Shown here: positions 1 to 10,705 of the stretch, piece by piece | Position numbering within the stretch: position 1 is the first letter of the stretch | Layout of the letters: each line of letters begins with the position of its first letter | Assembly: GCA_965203275.1 (NCBI GenBank) | Contig: OZ241865.1 | Location: 2,368,001 to 2,432,000 of the forward strand | Direction of reading: 5' to 3' | Length of the DNA stretch: 64,000 bases | Source: Bdellovibrionales bacterium | Lineage (GTDB): Bacteria; Bdellovibrionota; Bdellovibrionia; Bdellovibrionales; JAUICD01 | The notes under the pieces: generated by a model | Told to the model about the DNA's origin: nothing | Seen by the model: the letters and a program-made list of their open reading frames with translations, nothing else | The model's database searches: none | Program-made: the position numbers and the translations under genes

Positions 1-558
1 CCAACCACAGCTAATTATATAGTGATGGCTTCCTTGACGGCTCCTGCTGTGGTTGCTCTTTCTGGTAATTTAGGATTGGTTGTGCCTTTGATTGCAGCTC
101 ATTTATTTTGTTTTTACTTTGGTATTTTAGCAGATGACACACCTCCAGTAGGTTTGGCAGCCTACGCTGCTGCTGCTATTGCTAAAGAAGACCCTATTAA
201 AGTAGGTGTGCAGAGCTTTAAGTATGATATGCGGACAGCTATTTTGCCTTTTATGTTTATATTTAATACAGAGCTTCTTTTAGTGGGTGTGGATTCTGTA
301 TTTTATGGATTGATGGTGTTCCTTACGGCATTGATTGCTATGTGTGCTTTTGTATCTTTTACACAAGGGATGTTTTTTGTAAAGTGTCAATGGCATGAGA
401 GGATTCTTTTATTACTTCCTACCATTATTTTATTTCGACCTGATTTGTTTCAAAGTTGGAATGGATGGGACATCAATGTGTGGCGAGCTATAGGTGTGTC
501 TTTGTTTTTTGGGATTTATGCTCTTCAAAGAACAAGGGTTTCTTTAAAAAAAACATGA
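1..558 (+). CDS. TRAP transporter 4TM/12TM fused permease, C-terminal part (5'-truncated by window)
   Basis: Frame is open from base 1 (PTTANYIVMASL); AHLFCFYFGILADDTPPVGLAAYAAA motif of fused DctM permeases. Confidence 0.9.
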   Translation, partial: PTTANYIVMASLTAPAVVALSGNLGLVVPLIAAHLFCFYFGILADDTPPVGLAAYAAAAIAKEDPIKVGVQSFKYDMRTAILPFMFIFNTELLLVGVDSVFYGLMVFLTALIAMCAFVSFTQGMFFVKCQWHERILLLLPTIILFRPDLFQSWNGWDINVWRAIGVSLFFGIYALQRTRVSLKKT

Positions 559-579
559 AATAATATTCGAATAAAAATT

Positions 580-1176
580 TCATAAACTATGTTGCAAAAT
601 ATGAGAAAAAGCCAAGCACCCTTCCCTTAAACACATCAGACGAGAGCCATCCCATTTGACAACAGTAGAACCTGGGCCTTTAAGAACTTCTTTACTATCC
701 ACACAGTGGGTATTGTCAAAGACCGATTGGATTTGATCAAGCTTATATAAAGGCTCTTGCTTTGAAAGATTAGCACTGGTACTTGTAATAGGTGTCTTTC
801 TCTCTTTCATAACCATTTGCATAAAAGGGTGAGGTGTACATCTTAAACCTACATAACAAGAGCCTGCATGAATTTCTTTAGGTACAGATGGTAGGGCAGG
901 AAGTACAAATGTAACTGGCCCTGGCCATAAAGCTTTCATACAGTTAAGTACTTCTTTTTGAATTAAGGCATATTTTTTAGCCATTTTAATATCTCTGACT
1001 AGCAAACTGATAGGCTCCTTAAAAGGTCGTTTTTTCATAAGGAAAATATATTCAAGGGCATTGATATTTTCAATAGATGCTCCTAGACCCCATAAAGTTT
1101 CAGTAGGATAAATTAAGATCTTCCCTTTACAAAGAATTTGATTGGCTTCTGAGGGTGTTTTAACCAGCCAACTCAT
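580..1176 (-). CDS. tsaC: L-threonylcarbamoyladenylate synthase (Sua5/YrdC)
   Basis: YPTETLWGLG, KxR, WPGP and TSTSANLS motifs; likely ATG at 1176 (ORF track extends to 1212). Confidence 0.9.
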   Translation of the reverse strand: MSWLVKTPSEANQILCKGKILIYPTETLWGLGASIENINALEYIFLMKKRPFKEPISLLVRDIKMAKKYALIQKEVLNCMKALWPGPVTFVLPALPSVPKEIHAGSCYVGLRCTPHPFMQMVMKERKTPITSTSANLSKQEPLYKLDQIQSVFDNTHCVDSKEVLKGPGSTVVKWDGSRLMCLREGCLAFSHILQHSL

Positions 1177-2391
1177 TTTGTCCAATGTCCTTTCTGTATT
1201 GCATCCCTTCAAAATAAATGTTCTCTAGCAAGTGATAAGATTCTTTGAGAGCTTGCCCTTGTGTATCAGCAATACCTACAGCATTTAGGACTCTTCCTCC
1301 ATTTGTTATCCATTGGTTGTTATTATCTTTTTTAGTACCTGCATGGAGGAAATAACAATTGTCGGAGTTTTTAGATAAGTCTCCTAAGATAGGGATGCCT
1401 TTTTCAGAAGATTGAGGATAACCTTTTGTAGCTACGACCACTACACTTGTGAATTGCTTTTTCCAAAGTAGTTGAGGTAAGTCACCTTGAGCTATGCTAT
1501 AAAATACATCAACCCATTGACCTTTAAGCAGTGGGAGAATAACTTGTGTTTCAGGATCACCAAATCGTATATTGTATTCCAAAACCTTTGGACCTTCTTT
1601 GGTCACAATCAAACCTATATAAAGCACTCCATAATAATCAAGTCCATTTTGTTTAAGAGCGTCAAGTGTAGGTTTTACAATTTGTATTTCAATTTTTTGT
1701 TTAAGGTCTTGCGATATAGGAATAGGCCCTATAGCTCCCATACCTCCTGTGTTGGGGCCTTTGTTGCCTTCTAATAAAGGTTTGTAATCTTGTATAAGAG
1801 GTAATGGTGCAAATTCATGTCCATTTGTTAAAATAAGATAACTGATCTCTTGCCCTTGTTGAAATTCTTCAAGGAGGGCTAGTGTATTTCCAAAACGTTT
1901 TTCTTCAAAAACTTCATGGGAAGCTTTTTCTAGTTCATAAATAGAGTGAGAAATATAAACGCCTTTGCCAGCTGCTAGGCCATCAACTTTAAGTACGTAA
2001 GGAGGGTTAAAATATTTTTTAGCTTTTGCAAGAGTATCATTGTGATTATGCACAATATGGTAAGGAGATGTTGGAATATGAACTTTATTCATAAACTCTT
2101 TAGCATAAATTTTAGAACCTTCAAGATTTGCTGCCCTTTTGGAAGGACCAAAGACAGCCATCCCTTCTTTACGTAAATCATCTGCAATGCCCTCAACTAA
2201 AGGGATTTCTGGGCCCACAATCACCATTTTGATACCTAAATTTTTAAGTTTAGATGGAATGATTTGTTTATTTTTGATCACTGAAGGGGGAAGACAGGTA
2301 GCATATTCAAAAATGGCATCACTTCCAGGGAAGCAAAAAACTTCATGATGGCATGTTCTCGTCCACCACTGCCGATAACTAAAACTTTCAC
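1160..2391 (-). pseudogene. purD: Phosphoribosylamine-glycine ligase, frameshifted near 5' end in this sequence
   Basis: GPE, LEGSK, DGLAAGKGV, GPNTGGMG and EYNIRFGDPETQ motifs. The canonical start (GTG 2391, RBS GGAGG, MKVLVIGSGGREHA) is in a different frame from the body. Confidence 0.85.
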
Positions 2392-2505
2392 TACAAAATC
2401 CTCCATTTAAGTTTAAACATATCTCATCAAGGTTAGACGTGACAATATATAACTTCACTTTGTTATAGGTAGCTTTAACGGATGTTCAAATGACTTTTGT
2501 GATAT

Positions 2506-2778
2506 TATGACAATGCTGATGTTTATGGCAAAGCTAGGGTCTTTGGTAATGCTAGGGTCTCTGGCTATACTTGGATCCGTGGCCATGCTAAGGTCTTTGG
2601 CAATACTTGGGTTTCTGGCCATGCTAGAGTCTACGGCCATGCTAAGGTTTTTGGCAATACTTGGATCCGTGGCCATGCTAGAGTCTTTGGTGATGCTTGG
2701 GTCTATGGCGATGTTACAGTTTCTGGCAATGCTAGGATTTCTGATTATACCTGGGTCCATGACAATGTGACATTTTGA
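2506..2778 (+). pseudogene. 5'-truncated copy of the hexapeptide-repeat gene 3' end
   Basis: Near-identical to 3663-3989 but lacking one 54-bp repeat; no start codon or signal peptide in that frame. Confidence 0.85.
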
Positions 2779-2957
2779 GGGAAACAGAAATCCCGATTTT
2801 ATAGTGGTTTTATGAGATTGATCTATAGGTATAATATAGATTTATAGATTTTCTTAGAAAATATTAAAAAATATCTTGACAAAAAGCATTAATAGGTGTA
2901 AAAACAACATATTAATTATGTATGAATAAATTATGAAAAGAATAAGGAGGAAAATTT

Positions 2958-3989
2958 ATGAATTTTATAAATGTAAGTATGATAATGGTATTTTTATTGG
3001 GTATGTCATTGAGTGCATTTGCTTTAGCAGACACACCTTGCGGTGAAGGCGTTGAAGGTTTTTACCATCACAATGGTGGTGGATTTGTAGCAAATACAGC
3101 TTTTGTAGAGGATACAGCTTATGTAGGACGACGTGCTGCTGTTTGCGATGATGCTAGGGTCACTGACAATGCTGGAGTCTTTGGCAATGCTATAGTCTCT
3201 GGCACTGCTAGGGTTTATGGCAATGCTCGGATCTATGTTGATGCTAGGGTCTATGGCAATGCTCAGGTCTATGGTGAAGCTACGGTCTCTGATTATGTTG
3301 ATGTCTTTGGTAGTGCTAGAGTCTTTGACAATGCTAGAGTCTATGGTGGTGCTAGGGTTTATGGCAATGCTAGAGTCTTTGGTGATGCTGAGATTTATGG
3401 TAATGTTGAGGTCTATGACTATGCTGAGATATATGACAATGCTAGAGTCTTTAGCGCTAAAGTCTTTGGCAACGCTGGAGTCTTTGGCAGTGCTATAGTC
3501 TCTGGCAATGCTAAAGTGTTTGGCAATGCTGAGGTTTATGACCATGCTAGAGTCTTTAGCAATGCTAGGATTTCTGGCAATGCTCGGATCTATGTTAGTG
3601 CTAGAATCTCTGGCAATGCCTGGGTTTATGGCGATGCTCAGGTCTATGGCCTTGCTAGAGTCTATGACAATGCTGATGTTTATGGCAAAGCTAGGGTCTT
3701 TGGTAATGCTGGGATCTCTGGCTATACTTGGATCCGTGGCCATGCTAAGGTCTTTGGCAATACTTGGGTTTCTGGCCATACTAGAGTCTACGGCCATGCT
3801 AAGGTTTTTGGCAATACTTGGGTTTCTGGCCATACTAGAGTCTACGGCCATGCTAAGGTTTTTGGCAATACTTGGATCCGTGGCCATGCTAGAGTCTTTG
3901 GTGATGCTTGGGTCTATGGCGATGTTACAGTTTCTGGCAATGCTAGGATTTCTGATTATACCTGGGTCCATGACAATGTGACATTTTAA
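2958..3989 (+). CDS. Secreted left-handed beta-helix (hexapeptide repeat) protein
   Basis: AGGAGG RBS, signal peptide, long run of 6-aa repeats (VYGNAR-type). Confidence 0.85.
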   Translation: MNFINVSMIMVFLLGMSLSAFALADTPCGEGVEGFYHHNGGGFVANTAFVEDTAYVGRRAAVCDDARVTDNAGVFGNAIVSGTARVYGNARIYVDARVYGNAQVYGEATVSDYVDVFGSARVFDNARVYGGARVYGNARVFGDAEIYGNVEVYDYAEIYDNARVFSAKVFGNAGVFGSAIVSGNAKVFGNAEVYDHARVFSNARISGNARIYVSARISGNAWVYGDAQVYGLARVYDNADVYGKARVFGNAGISGYTWIRGHAKVFGNTWVSGHTRVYGHAKVFGNTWVSGHTRVYGHAKVFGNTWIRGHARVFGDAWVYGDVTVSGNARISDYTWVHDNVTF

Positions 3990-4168
3990 GGGAAACAAAA
4001 ACCCCGATTTTATAGTGGTTTTATGGGATTGATTTATAGGTATAAATAGATTTATAGATTTTCTTAGAAAATATTAAAAAATATCTTGACAAAAAGCATT
4101 AATAGGTGTAAAAACAACATAGTTAATTATGTATGAATAAATTATGAAAAGAATAAGGAGGAAAATTT

Positions 4169-4762
4169 ATGAATTTTATAAATGTAAGTATGATAATGGT
4201 ATTTTTATTGGGTATGTCATTGAGCGTATTTGCTTTAATAGACGATGCACCCTGCGGTGAAGGCGTTGAAGGCTATATACATCGTGGTGGTGGGTTTGTA
4301 GCAAATACAGCTTTGGTAGACGCAACAGTTTTTGTAGGGCCGAATGCTACTGTTTGTGGTTATGCTAGGGTCTGGGGCAAGGCTAAAATCTATGACTTTG
4401 CTAGGGTCCATGGCACAGCTCAGGTCTTTGGTGAGGCTGAGGTCTATGGTGAAGCTCAGGTCCATGGCAGTGCTAAGGTCTATGGTAAAGCTAAGGTCTA
4501 TAGTACAGCTGAGGTCTTTGGTACAGCTGAGATCTATGGTACAGCTGAAATCGGTTACAATGATAGAATCAGCAATATTAGCATCTCCTCAAGTAGCAGT
4601 AGCAATCTTAAGAAACTGAGGATACCAAGGACTTCACCTTCACCATCATTGAAGGACTATCTGAATCTTAACGACGAAACTGATGATCTTAACGACGAAA
4701 CTGATGAGGATACCGAAAGTCCGTCACCATCACGGGACCATCCTGTGCATAAACGGATGTGA
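4169..4762 (+). CDS. Secreted hexapeptide-repeat protein paralog with Ser/Asp-rich tail
   Basis: Same upstream 179 bp and signal peptide as 2958; VYGEAQ-type repeats. Confidence 0.85.
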   Translation: MNFINVSMIMVFLLGMSLSVFALIDDAPCGEGVEGYIHRGGGFVANTALVDATVFVGPNATVCGYARVWGKAKIYDFARVHGTAQVFGEAEVYGEAQVHGSAKVYGKAKVYSTAEVFGTAEIYGTAEIGYNDRISNISISSSSSSNLKKLRIPRTSPSPSLKDYLNLNDETDDLNDETDEDTESPSPSRDHPVHKRM

Positions 4763-4767
4763 ATCAC

Positions 4768-5292
4768 TTTTTCTTAACATTTCACTCAAAATACATCATG
4801 CCTTTGTTTCCCTAAAATTGAACTGGCCTCTGTTTCACTAAAAGTGGTCTGACCTCTGGTCACTTTCTGGCGATGACCACGATGGCTTTCGCCATCGGTA
4901 AAATGGTCATCGCCTAGAAAGCCTGACCACTTTTAGTAAGAAGAATCCTCTTGTCTCTTAACATGATGTTAAGGAAACAAAATGCCTTTAAAATTATATT
5001 AAAAGAGCAATGTCTCAAAAGTCCGTTTACTTTTAGTAGGGAGGATATCTTCCTCTCTTTACACGATGTTAAGGAAAAAGTTCCTTTATTGCATTGAGCT
5101 TGCTCTCCAAAAACATTTTAGAGGCATATCTTGTTTCCCTAACATGGTGTAGAGGAATAAAAGGATCCTTCTCTACTCAAAATAAATAGATTTTCTAGGC
5201 AGTTAGCCTTTGATCGACGGCGGTAGCCGTCGGGCTAACTGCCAGAAAACATGCCAGAGGCATGATTTATTTTGAGTGAAATATTAAGGAAA
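4768..5292. repeat. Cluster 1 of ~145-bp nested palindromic elements
   Basis: Full copies 4831-4979 (-) and 5132-5281 (+), plus stacked partial ends. Confidence 0.9.
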
Positions 5293-5295
5293 TGT

Positions 5296-6498
5296 TTATT
5301 GTAAACATTGAGTTGTTTCTCGAATAAGACCTGCTATTTCTGCATACTGAGCATCTATAGGACTCTGCATATCAGCAATCTTCAAAGCAGAATAACCATA
5401 ATCATTTTGATAACAAGGGTCAGCACCATGAGTTAATAATACTTTAAGTCCTTCTATATCTTTTGCAAGAACTGAGTGCATTATAGGAGTATAACCATAT
5501 TCATCTACAATATGAGGGTCTGCACCTGCTTGAAGTAATAGTGACATAATAATTAAATTATTATTTTGAAAACTTTCTATAAAACACTCCATGCAAAAAC
5601 CAAATGCTTCACGAAGCATGGCTGCGTGAGCCATGGATCGACCATTTTCATTAATACTATATCTTCTTTTGATCACATTAGTTAAAGAAGTTTCAATCTC
5701 TTGCAGTGTCACATAAGTACCCACATTCTCCTCTATATTGAACAAATCGAAAATGAATTGAACTGTACTTGCACGGTTACTCCTAATAGCTGTATACAAA
5801 GCCGTTTGATCATTAGAACTTCTAGTATAAGGATCAGCACCATAAGAGAGTAATAATTCCATAAGTTGAATGCTATTTTTAGCTGATACAAGAAATGGAG
5901 TGAGTCCGCTTTTATTTGGCATATTAGGATCTGCACCAAATGCTAAAAGCATTTTCATTATAGGTATATTATGATTCCCAGAAGCCATAATTAAAGATGT
6001 ACTTCCAAGGATTGAATTTGAAAGATTAGGATCAGCACCTGCCATTAATAATTCTTGGACTACTTCTATATGGCCATTAGTCACCGCAGGTATTAAAGCA
6101 ATGCTACCAGTTCTTTCATTAGGTTTATTAGGATCAACACCAAGAGCTAAGAATAATCTCACTATTTTTATATGACCTCTAAGAGATGCTCTCATTAAAG
6201 GTGATGTATTTTGAGTACCATGCGGATTAGCACCAGCATCTAATAAAACCTTTACTGCTTCTATATCATTTAAGCCAGCTGATACCAGTAGTGGTGTTTC
6301 ATTAAATGCATCTTGAAAATCAGGGTTAGCACCTGCGTTAAGTGCATTTTTAATACCTACAATATCTTTCTTTCTAGCTGCATCTATAAGAGCCTGAGAC
6401 TGAGATGGCATATCATCAGCAAGTAAATGATCTTGATTAGCCCTTACAGCCTGTAAGGTAAGTGTGAAGAAAAATATAAAAATAAAAAATCTCACCAT
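5296..6498 (-). CDS. Secreted ankyrin-repeat protein
   Basis: Signal peptide; repeated TPL...GH.EVV.LL..GADPN units. Confidence 0.9.
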   Translation of the reverse strand: MVRFFIFIFFFTLTLQAVRANQDHLLADDMPSQSQALIDAARKKDIVGIKNALNAGANPDFQDAFNETPLLVSAGLNDIEAVKVLLDAGANPHGTQNTSPLMRASLRGHIKIVRLFLALGVDPNKPNERTGSIALIPAVTNGHIEVVQELLMAGADPNLSNSILGSTSLIMASGNHNIPIMKMLLAFGADPNMPNKSGLTPFLVSAKNSIQLMELLLSYGADPYTRSSNDQTALYTAIRSNRASTVQFIFDLFNIEENVGTYVTLQEIETSLTNVIKRRYSINENGRSMAHAAMLREAFGFCMECFIESFQNNNLIIMSLLLQAGADPHIVDEYGYTPIMHSVLAKDIEGLKVLLTHGADPCYQNDYGYSALKIADMQSPIDAQYAEIAGLIRETTQCLQ

Positions 6499-6608
6499 AA
6501 ATATCCTTACATTAACATTAAGAGTTTATTAAAATTCTTAAGAAAAAGGCAATAATAAAAAATAAGTTTTTGACATGGATATAATTTAAAGTTAAATAAA
6601 GACAGATT

Positions 6609-7484
6609 ATGGCTATTTTCATTTCTATTTTTGTGAGTTTATTTTGTTACTTAAGTTGTTTAAGTCCTCATGGTGCCTTAGCTTGGGGGGTAATGGGACA
6701 TCGTGTCATTGGCCAATTAGCCGAAGAGAAGCTAAATGATAAGGTTCTTGCTCAAGTTCAAAAGCTACTAGGCAAGGACAATATGGCAGATGCTTCCTTA
6801 TGGGCTGATATTGTCAAATCTAACCCTGAAAGAAATTTTCAATTCAAATGGCATTATGCTCGTATAGAGGATGGACAAACATATAAACAAAGCAAACAAA
6901 AAGATATTGTGTGGGCTATTAACCTGATGATTGGTATTCTTAAGAATGAACAATCTCACGAAAAAATCAACAAAACCCAGGCACTTAAGCTATTAATCCA
7001 CTTTGTAGGGGACATACATCAACCCCTTCATGCTTCCCGTGAAATAGATCATGGAGGAAGTAAAATCAAAGTGAAGTTTTTTAGTGACCCTCAGTTGTAT
7101 AATCTTCATCGCATTTGGGATAGTACAATCATTGAATTTTTCAGACTAAGTTATACAGAGCTAACAGATTATGTGCAGAGACACTATACAGAGTCAGTGG
7201 CACAAAAATCACCACAGCATTGGATCAACGAATCAGCTCATTTACGTCCTTACGCATATTTTTTTGATAATATCTATATTGAAACTCCGCCAGTGTTGAT
7301 TTCTCACAAAGACCTTCTTAAAAAATACCCTAATATGCTTAAGTTGCAATTTTCTACAAGCAGAAAACCTCGCGGTGTACCTCACATACATTATCAATAT
7401 GTCAACAGAACCCTTCCTATTATGCTCAAAAGACTTCATGAAGCTGGCATGCGACTAGCCCATCTTCTCAATGAGATTTTATAA
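6609..7484 (+). CDS. S1/P1 nuclease
   Basis: WG..GH, WAD, HFVGDIHQPLH and NLHRIWD motifs. Confidence 0.93.
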   Translation: MAIFISIFVSLFCYLSCLSPHGALAWGVMGHRVIGQLAEEKLNDKVLAQVQKLLGKDNMADASLWADIVKSNPERNFQFKWHYARIEDGQTYKQSKQKDIVWAINLMIGILKNEQSHEKINKTQALKLLIHFVGDIHQPLHASREIDHGGSKIKVKFFSDPQLYNLHRIWDSTIIEFFRLSYTELTDYVQRHYTESVAQKSPQHWINESAHLRPYAYFFDNIYIETPPVLISHKDLLKKYPNMLKLQFSTSRKPRGVPHIHYQYVNRTLPIMLKRLHEAGMRLAHLLNEIL

Positions 7485-7650
7485 CCTTAACCTTAAGTTA
7501 TTGAAGTGACAATTATTTAAATAAGTTATGCCAACCTCTATTTTTATTTATATATCAATACAGGGCTTTACATAATGATCTTGAGTTGCTATATATCATT
7601 ATGATATACTTTAGTCATATTAAATAAATGTATTTAAAATAGGAGTCATA

Positions 7651-7959
7651 ATGAAAGAGCGTGTATTAGAAGTTAAAGGTATTTGTAAAGGTACTATACG
7701 TAGGATTATTTCAGAGTTAAATTGTGGTTTTATTTCTAACAAAAAACATAAAGAAGATATATTTTTTTCTGTTCTCACAGAATTTAAAAACACATCCTAC
7801 AAAGCACTGAATGAAGGTGACCCTGTGGAAGTTTTTGTTGTCAGAACTTCTAGAGGCTTATTTGCAAAGAACCTTCTATTAAAAAGAGCTGATGTTTCTC
7901 GATCTAAAAAACACTGCCCTTCTCACAAACCAAAATTGAATCATCAACCCCATCTTTAA
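7651..7959 (+). CDS. Cold-shock-domain (OB-fold) protein
   Basis: GFI...DIFF...L.EGD.V...RGL.A.N pattern; AGGAG RBS. Confidence 0.75.
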   Translation: MKERVLEVKGICKGTIRRIISELNCGFISNKKHKEDIFFSVLTEFKNTSYKALNEGDPVEVFVVRTSRGLFAKNLLLKRADVSRSKKHCPSHKPKLNHQPHL

Positions 7960-8139
7960 ATATTCATTTTTTGTTTGGGCTTATATCTGTTGTTCATCTT
8001 ATTAGCTCGTTAAACCTTGCTTTAGCTGTTTCTTTTATTTTCATTTGATTAATTATGCAACTTAAGGCCTTGCTTAAGTAAAACCTCGACTTACAGTTGA
8101 TTTAACTTTTCCTAAAGTTGAATATTTAGAAAGAAATCA

Positions 8140-10389
8140 TTATTTTAAGAAGTCATTGACCTTTTTGACATCTTTTTCAGAAAAGAAACATCCTTGCACG
8201 CGATCAATATGACCTCCTTGCCTCATAAAAAGCATATCTCCTTTACCTAAAAGTTTTTCTGCTCCTGTTGTATCAAGGATCGTACGAGAGTCTATAGAAG
8301 ATGCCACCTTAAATGCAATACGTGTAGGAAAGTTCGTCTTAATTAAGCCTGTCACAATATCTGCTGATGGCCTTTGAGTCGCCATAATCAAATGAATACC
8401 ACAAGCTCTTGCTTTCTGAGCAATACGTGTGATAGGAATTTCTACAAGTTTGCCTTGGGTGATCATCAAATCAGCTAACTCATCAATGATAATCACAATG
8501 TAAGGCATTTCTGCCCATTCCCACGAAAAAGTTTTTCCCATACGCCTTTGAATAGCCTTTTGAGATTCTTTTTTAATAGTCTCATTAAAAGAATCTATAT
8601 TACGGCTATGCAGGTCAGAGAACTTTTGATAACGTAGGTCCATTTCTTTCTCTGCCCAACAAAGGGCATTTTTAGCTTCTGTTAAATCTGTGACGACAGG
8701 ATAAATAAGATGAGGAATACCATTATAAGGATTCAGTTCAATCATTTTAGGATCTATCATTAAAAATCTTAAATGTTTGGGGGACCTTGTAAAAAGCAAA
8801 CTATTGATTGCAGCATTGATAAACACACTTTTCCCTGAACCTGTACTTCCAGAGACCAATAAATGAGGCATACTACAAAGATCTTCTACAATCACATGAT
8901 CATAAACATCTAACCCTAATGCAAGAGGCAAAGCAGCATTGGTTTTTTGTACAGCCTTGACCATCTCTCTAAAAGAAACTCCATAAGGATTTTTGTTAGG
9001 TATCTCAATACCAACAGTCATTTTACCAGGGATAGGTGTCAAAATGCGAATAGACTTTGCACCTAACAATAAAGCTAAATCATCACTTAGTTTTGCAATT
9101 TTACTGACCTTCACGCCGGGGTCAGGTTGAAACTCATACATCGTGAGAGTAGCACCTACATGAAACTTTAAAACTTGACCAGATATTTGAAAACTTTTAA
9201 AACATTCTTCAAGTTTTTGAGATTGGTTTTCTTGACTTTTAGGCTTTTTACTGACAGGGCTGAGTAAATTCACATCAGGTGTGCGGTAAGTTTTAGTCCA
9301 CTTTTTAATAGAAATTGTAAATGCTTGAGTTTCTGCTTGAGCAGAATCCTTAGGTTCATCTACAGCTTCTGTCTCGGAAGTATTAGATTGTGGTGATTTT
9401 TTTACTTTCTTAGAACGACGTGCATTTTTACTTTGTTGTTTTTTATTTAATGCTAAAGACTCTCCACTAGCCTCATCTGATTGTTCTTGTATTGTTTCTT
9501 CAATCTCTTGAGATGGCATATCTTGAGATTCTGTATTTTGATACTCTGTATCTTGATACTGTGTACCTTGATACTCTGTGTCTTCTTCCTGAATATCTTG
9601 GTCATTATCATTGAGATCATTTGCTCTTTTAGTATTTTGAAGTGGTGGAAGGAATGGCAATTTGATCTGCAAATCTAAGCCTATATTGCGGTTGAATTCA
9701 TTAGTATAAAACAAAATATATTGAAGTCCTTTTTTGAGAGCCAAAAATAAGTAAAAGAAAAAATTATAAATTTGTTCTCTCGTCCATAAGAGAAGATGCA
9801 CAAGAGCAATATATCCAGAAGATATCCCTACAATTAAAATCATGCAAGTTAAGGAGGTTAAAGCACCATAGATACCAAAATTATTATATAAACTTCCTCC
9901 TATCATTTGACCAATCATTCCTCCAGCACCTTGATCTAACCTGGGTGAAATAGTATATTGAAAGTGATATTGAAAAACTGTTAAGAAGCTAGTGATCAAT
10001 ACTAAAAAGCAAGCATGAAAGAAAATTTGCTTAGCAAAAAACACAGTATTTTGAGTCACATCAGATAAACAGTGGCAACGAGCAATCATAATCTCAGCAA
10101 TATAGAGAACACTTATAGAAATCAAAAATGTAGAAAGACCAAATGTATGGAAAATTTGAAAGAAAATTTTTGTCCCTAATACACCAAAAGAAGACTGAAG
10201 GTCTTCACTAGGAATAAATAAAAATAATAAACCACTACTGATGATAAAAGCAGCTGTGACGATTGCAACTAAAAAGCAAATCTCTTGAAGTGGTGTTTCT
10301 AAATGGGCAATTTTTAACTTCATTTTCCTAGACCTTATTATGACCTTATTATATTTATCACATTCATGTATCGATCGCAGTTGTTTCAA
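8140..10389 (-). CDS. ftsK: DNA translocase FtsK (no C-terminal gamma domain)
   Basis: N-terminal TM segments, PHLLVSGSTGSGKS Walker A, IIIDELADLM, ATQRPS, GAEKLLGKGDMLF; true start may be ATG 10323. Confidence 0.92.
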   Translation of the reverse strand: MKQLRSIHECDKYNKVIIRSRKMKLKIAHLETPLQEICFLVAIVTAAFIISSGLLFLFIPSEDLQSSFGVLGTKIFFQIFHTFGLSTFLISISVLYIAEIMIARCHCLSDVTQNTVFFAKQIFFHACFLVLITSFLTVFQYHFQYTISPRLDQGAGGMIGQMIGGSLYNNFGIYGALTSLTCMILIVGISSGYIALVHLLLWTREQIYNFFFYLFLALKKGLQYILFYTNEFNRNIGLDLQIKLPFLPPLQNTKRANDLNDNDQDIQEEDTEYQGTQYQDTEYQNTESQDMPSQEIEETIQEQSDEASGESLALNKKQQSKNARRSKKVKKSPQSNTSETEAVDEPKDSAQAETQAFTISIKKWTKTYRTPDVNLLSPVSKKPKSQENQSQKLEECFKSFQISGQVLKFHVGATLTMYEFQPDPGVKVSKIAKLSDDLALLLGAKSIRILTPIPGKMTVGIEIPNKNPYGVSFREMVKAVQKTNAALPLALGLDVYDHVIVEDLCSMPHLLVSGSTGSGKSVFINAAINSLLFTRSPKHLRFLMIDPKMIELNPYNGIPHLIYPVVTDLTEAKNALCWAEKEMDLRYQKFSDLHSRNIDSFNETIKKESQKAIQRRMGKTFSWEWAEMPYIVIIIDELADLMITQGKLVEIPITRIAQKARACGIHLIMATQRPSADIVTGLIKTNFPTRIAFKVASSIDSRTILDTTGAEKLLGKGDMLFMRQGGHIDRVQGCFFSEKDVKKVNDFLK

Positions 10390-10705
10390 GTTATATCGGT
10401 TATTATGTATGTAGAACTTTGCCTTAATGCGGAGATGATCGTCTGAAAGTTGAGGATTTGACGAAAATATGTCTCATATTGAGAAAATCTTAAACAAAAG
10501 TCTTAAAGTTAGTCACCTTGAAATGCATTATTCTTCTGGTTATTTTGAGCAGAGAATACCCCTTCAAAAGGACTGTTTTTCTGTTATATCTCAATAAAAC
10601 CTAGCAACAAACTAAAAAAAGCCATTGCTCTTTGAAAGAAATGCATACAAATAGACAAAAGTATGCAAAATTTGGTTAGGTATATTTTAAGCAGAAATAA
10701 AAAAA

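Noticed and set aside
2506..3989. Diversity-generating retroelement template/variable repeat pair
   Set aside because: Differences are few and not confined to adenines of one copy; no reverse transcriptase in the window
2455..4619. Alternative-frame and antisense ORFs over the hexapeptide genes
   Set aside because: Shadow ORFs produced by 18-bp periodic repeats
4831..4979. Hammerhead or other small ribozyme
   Set aside because: GAAAC is present but there is no conserved CTGANGA core
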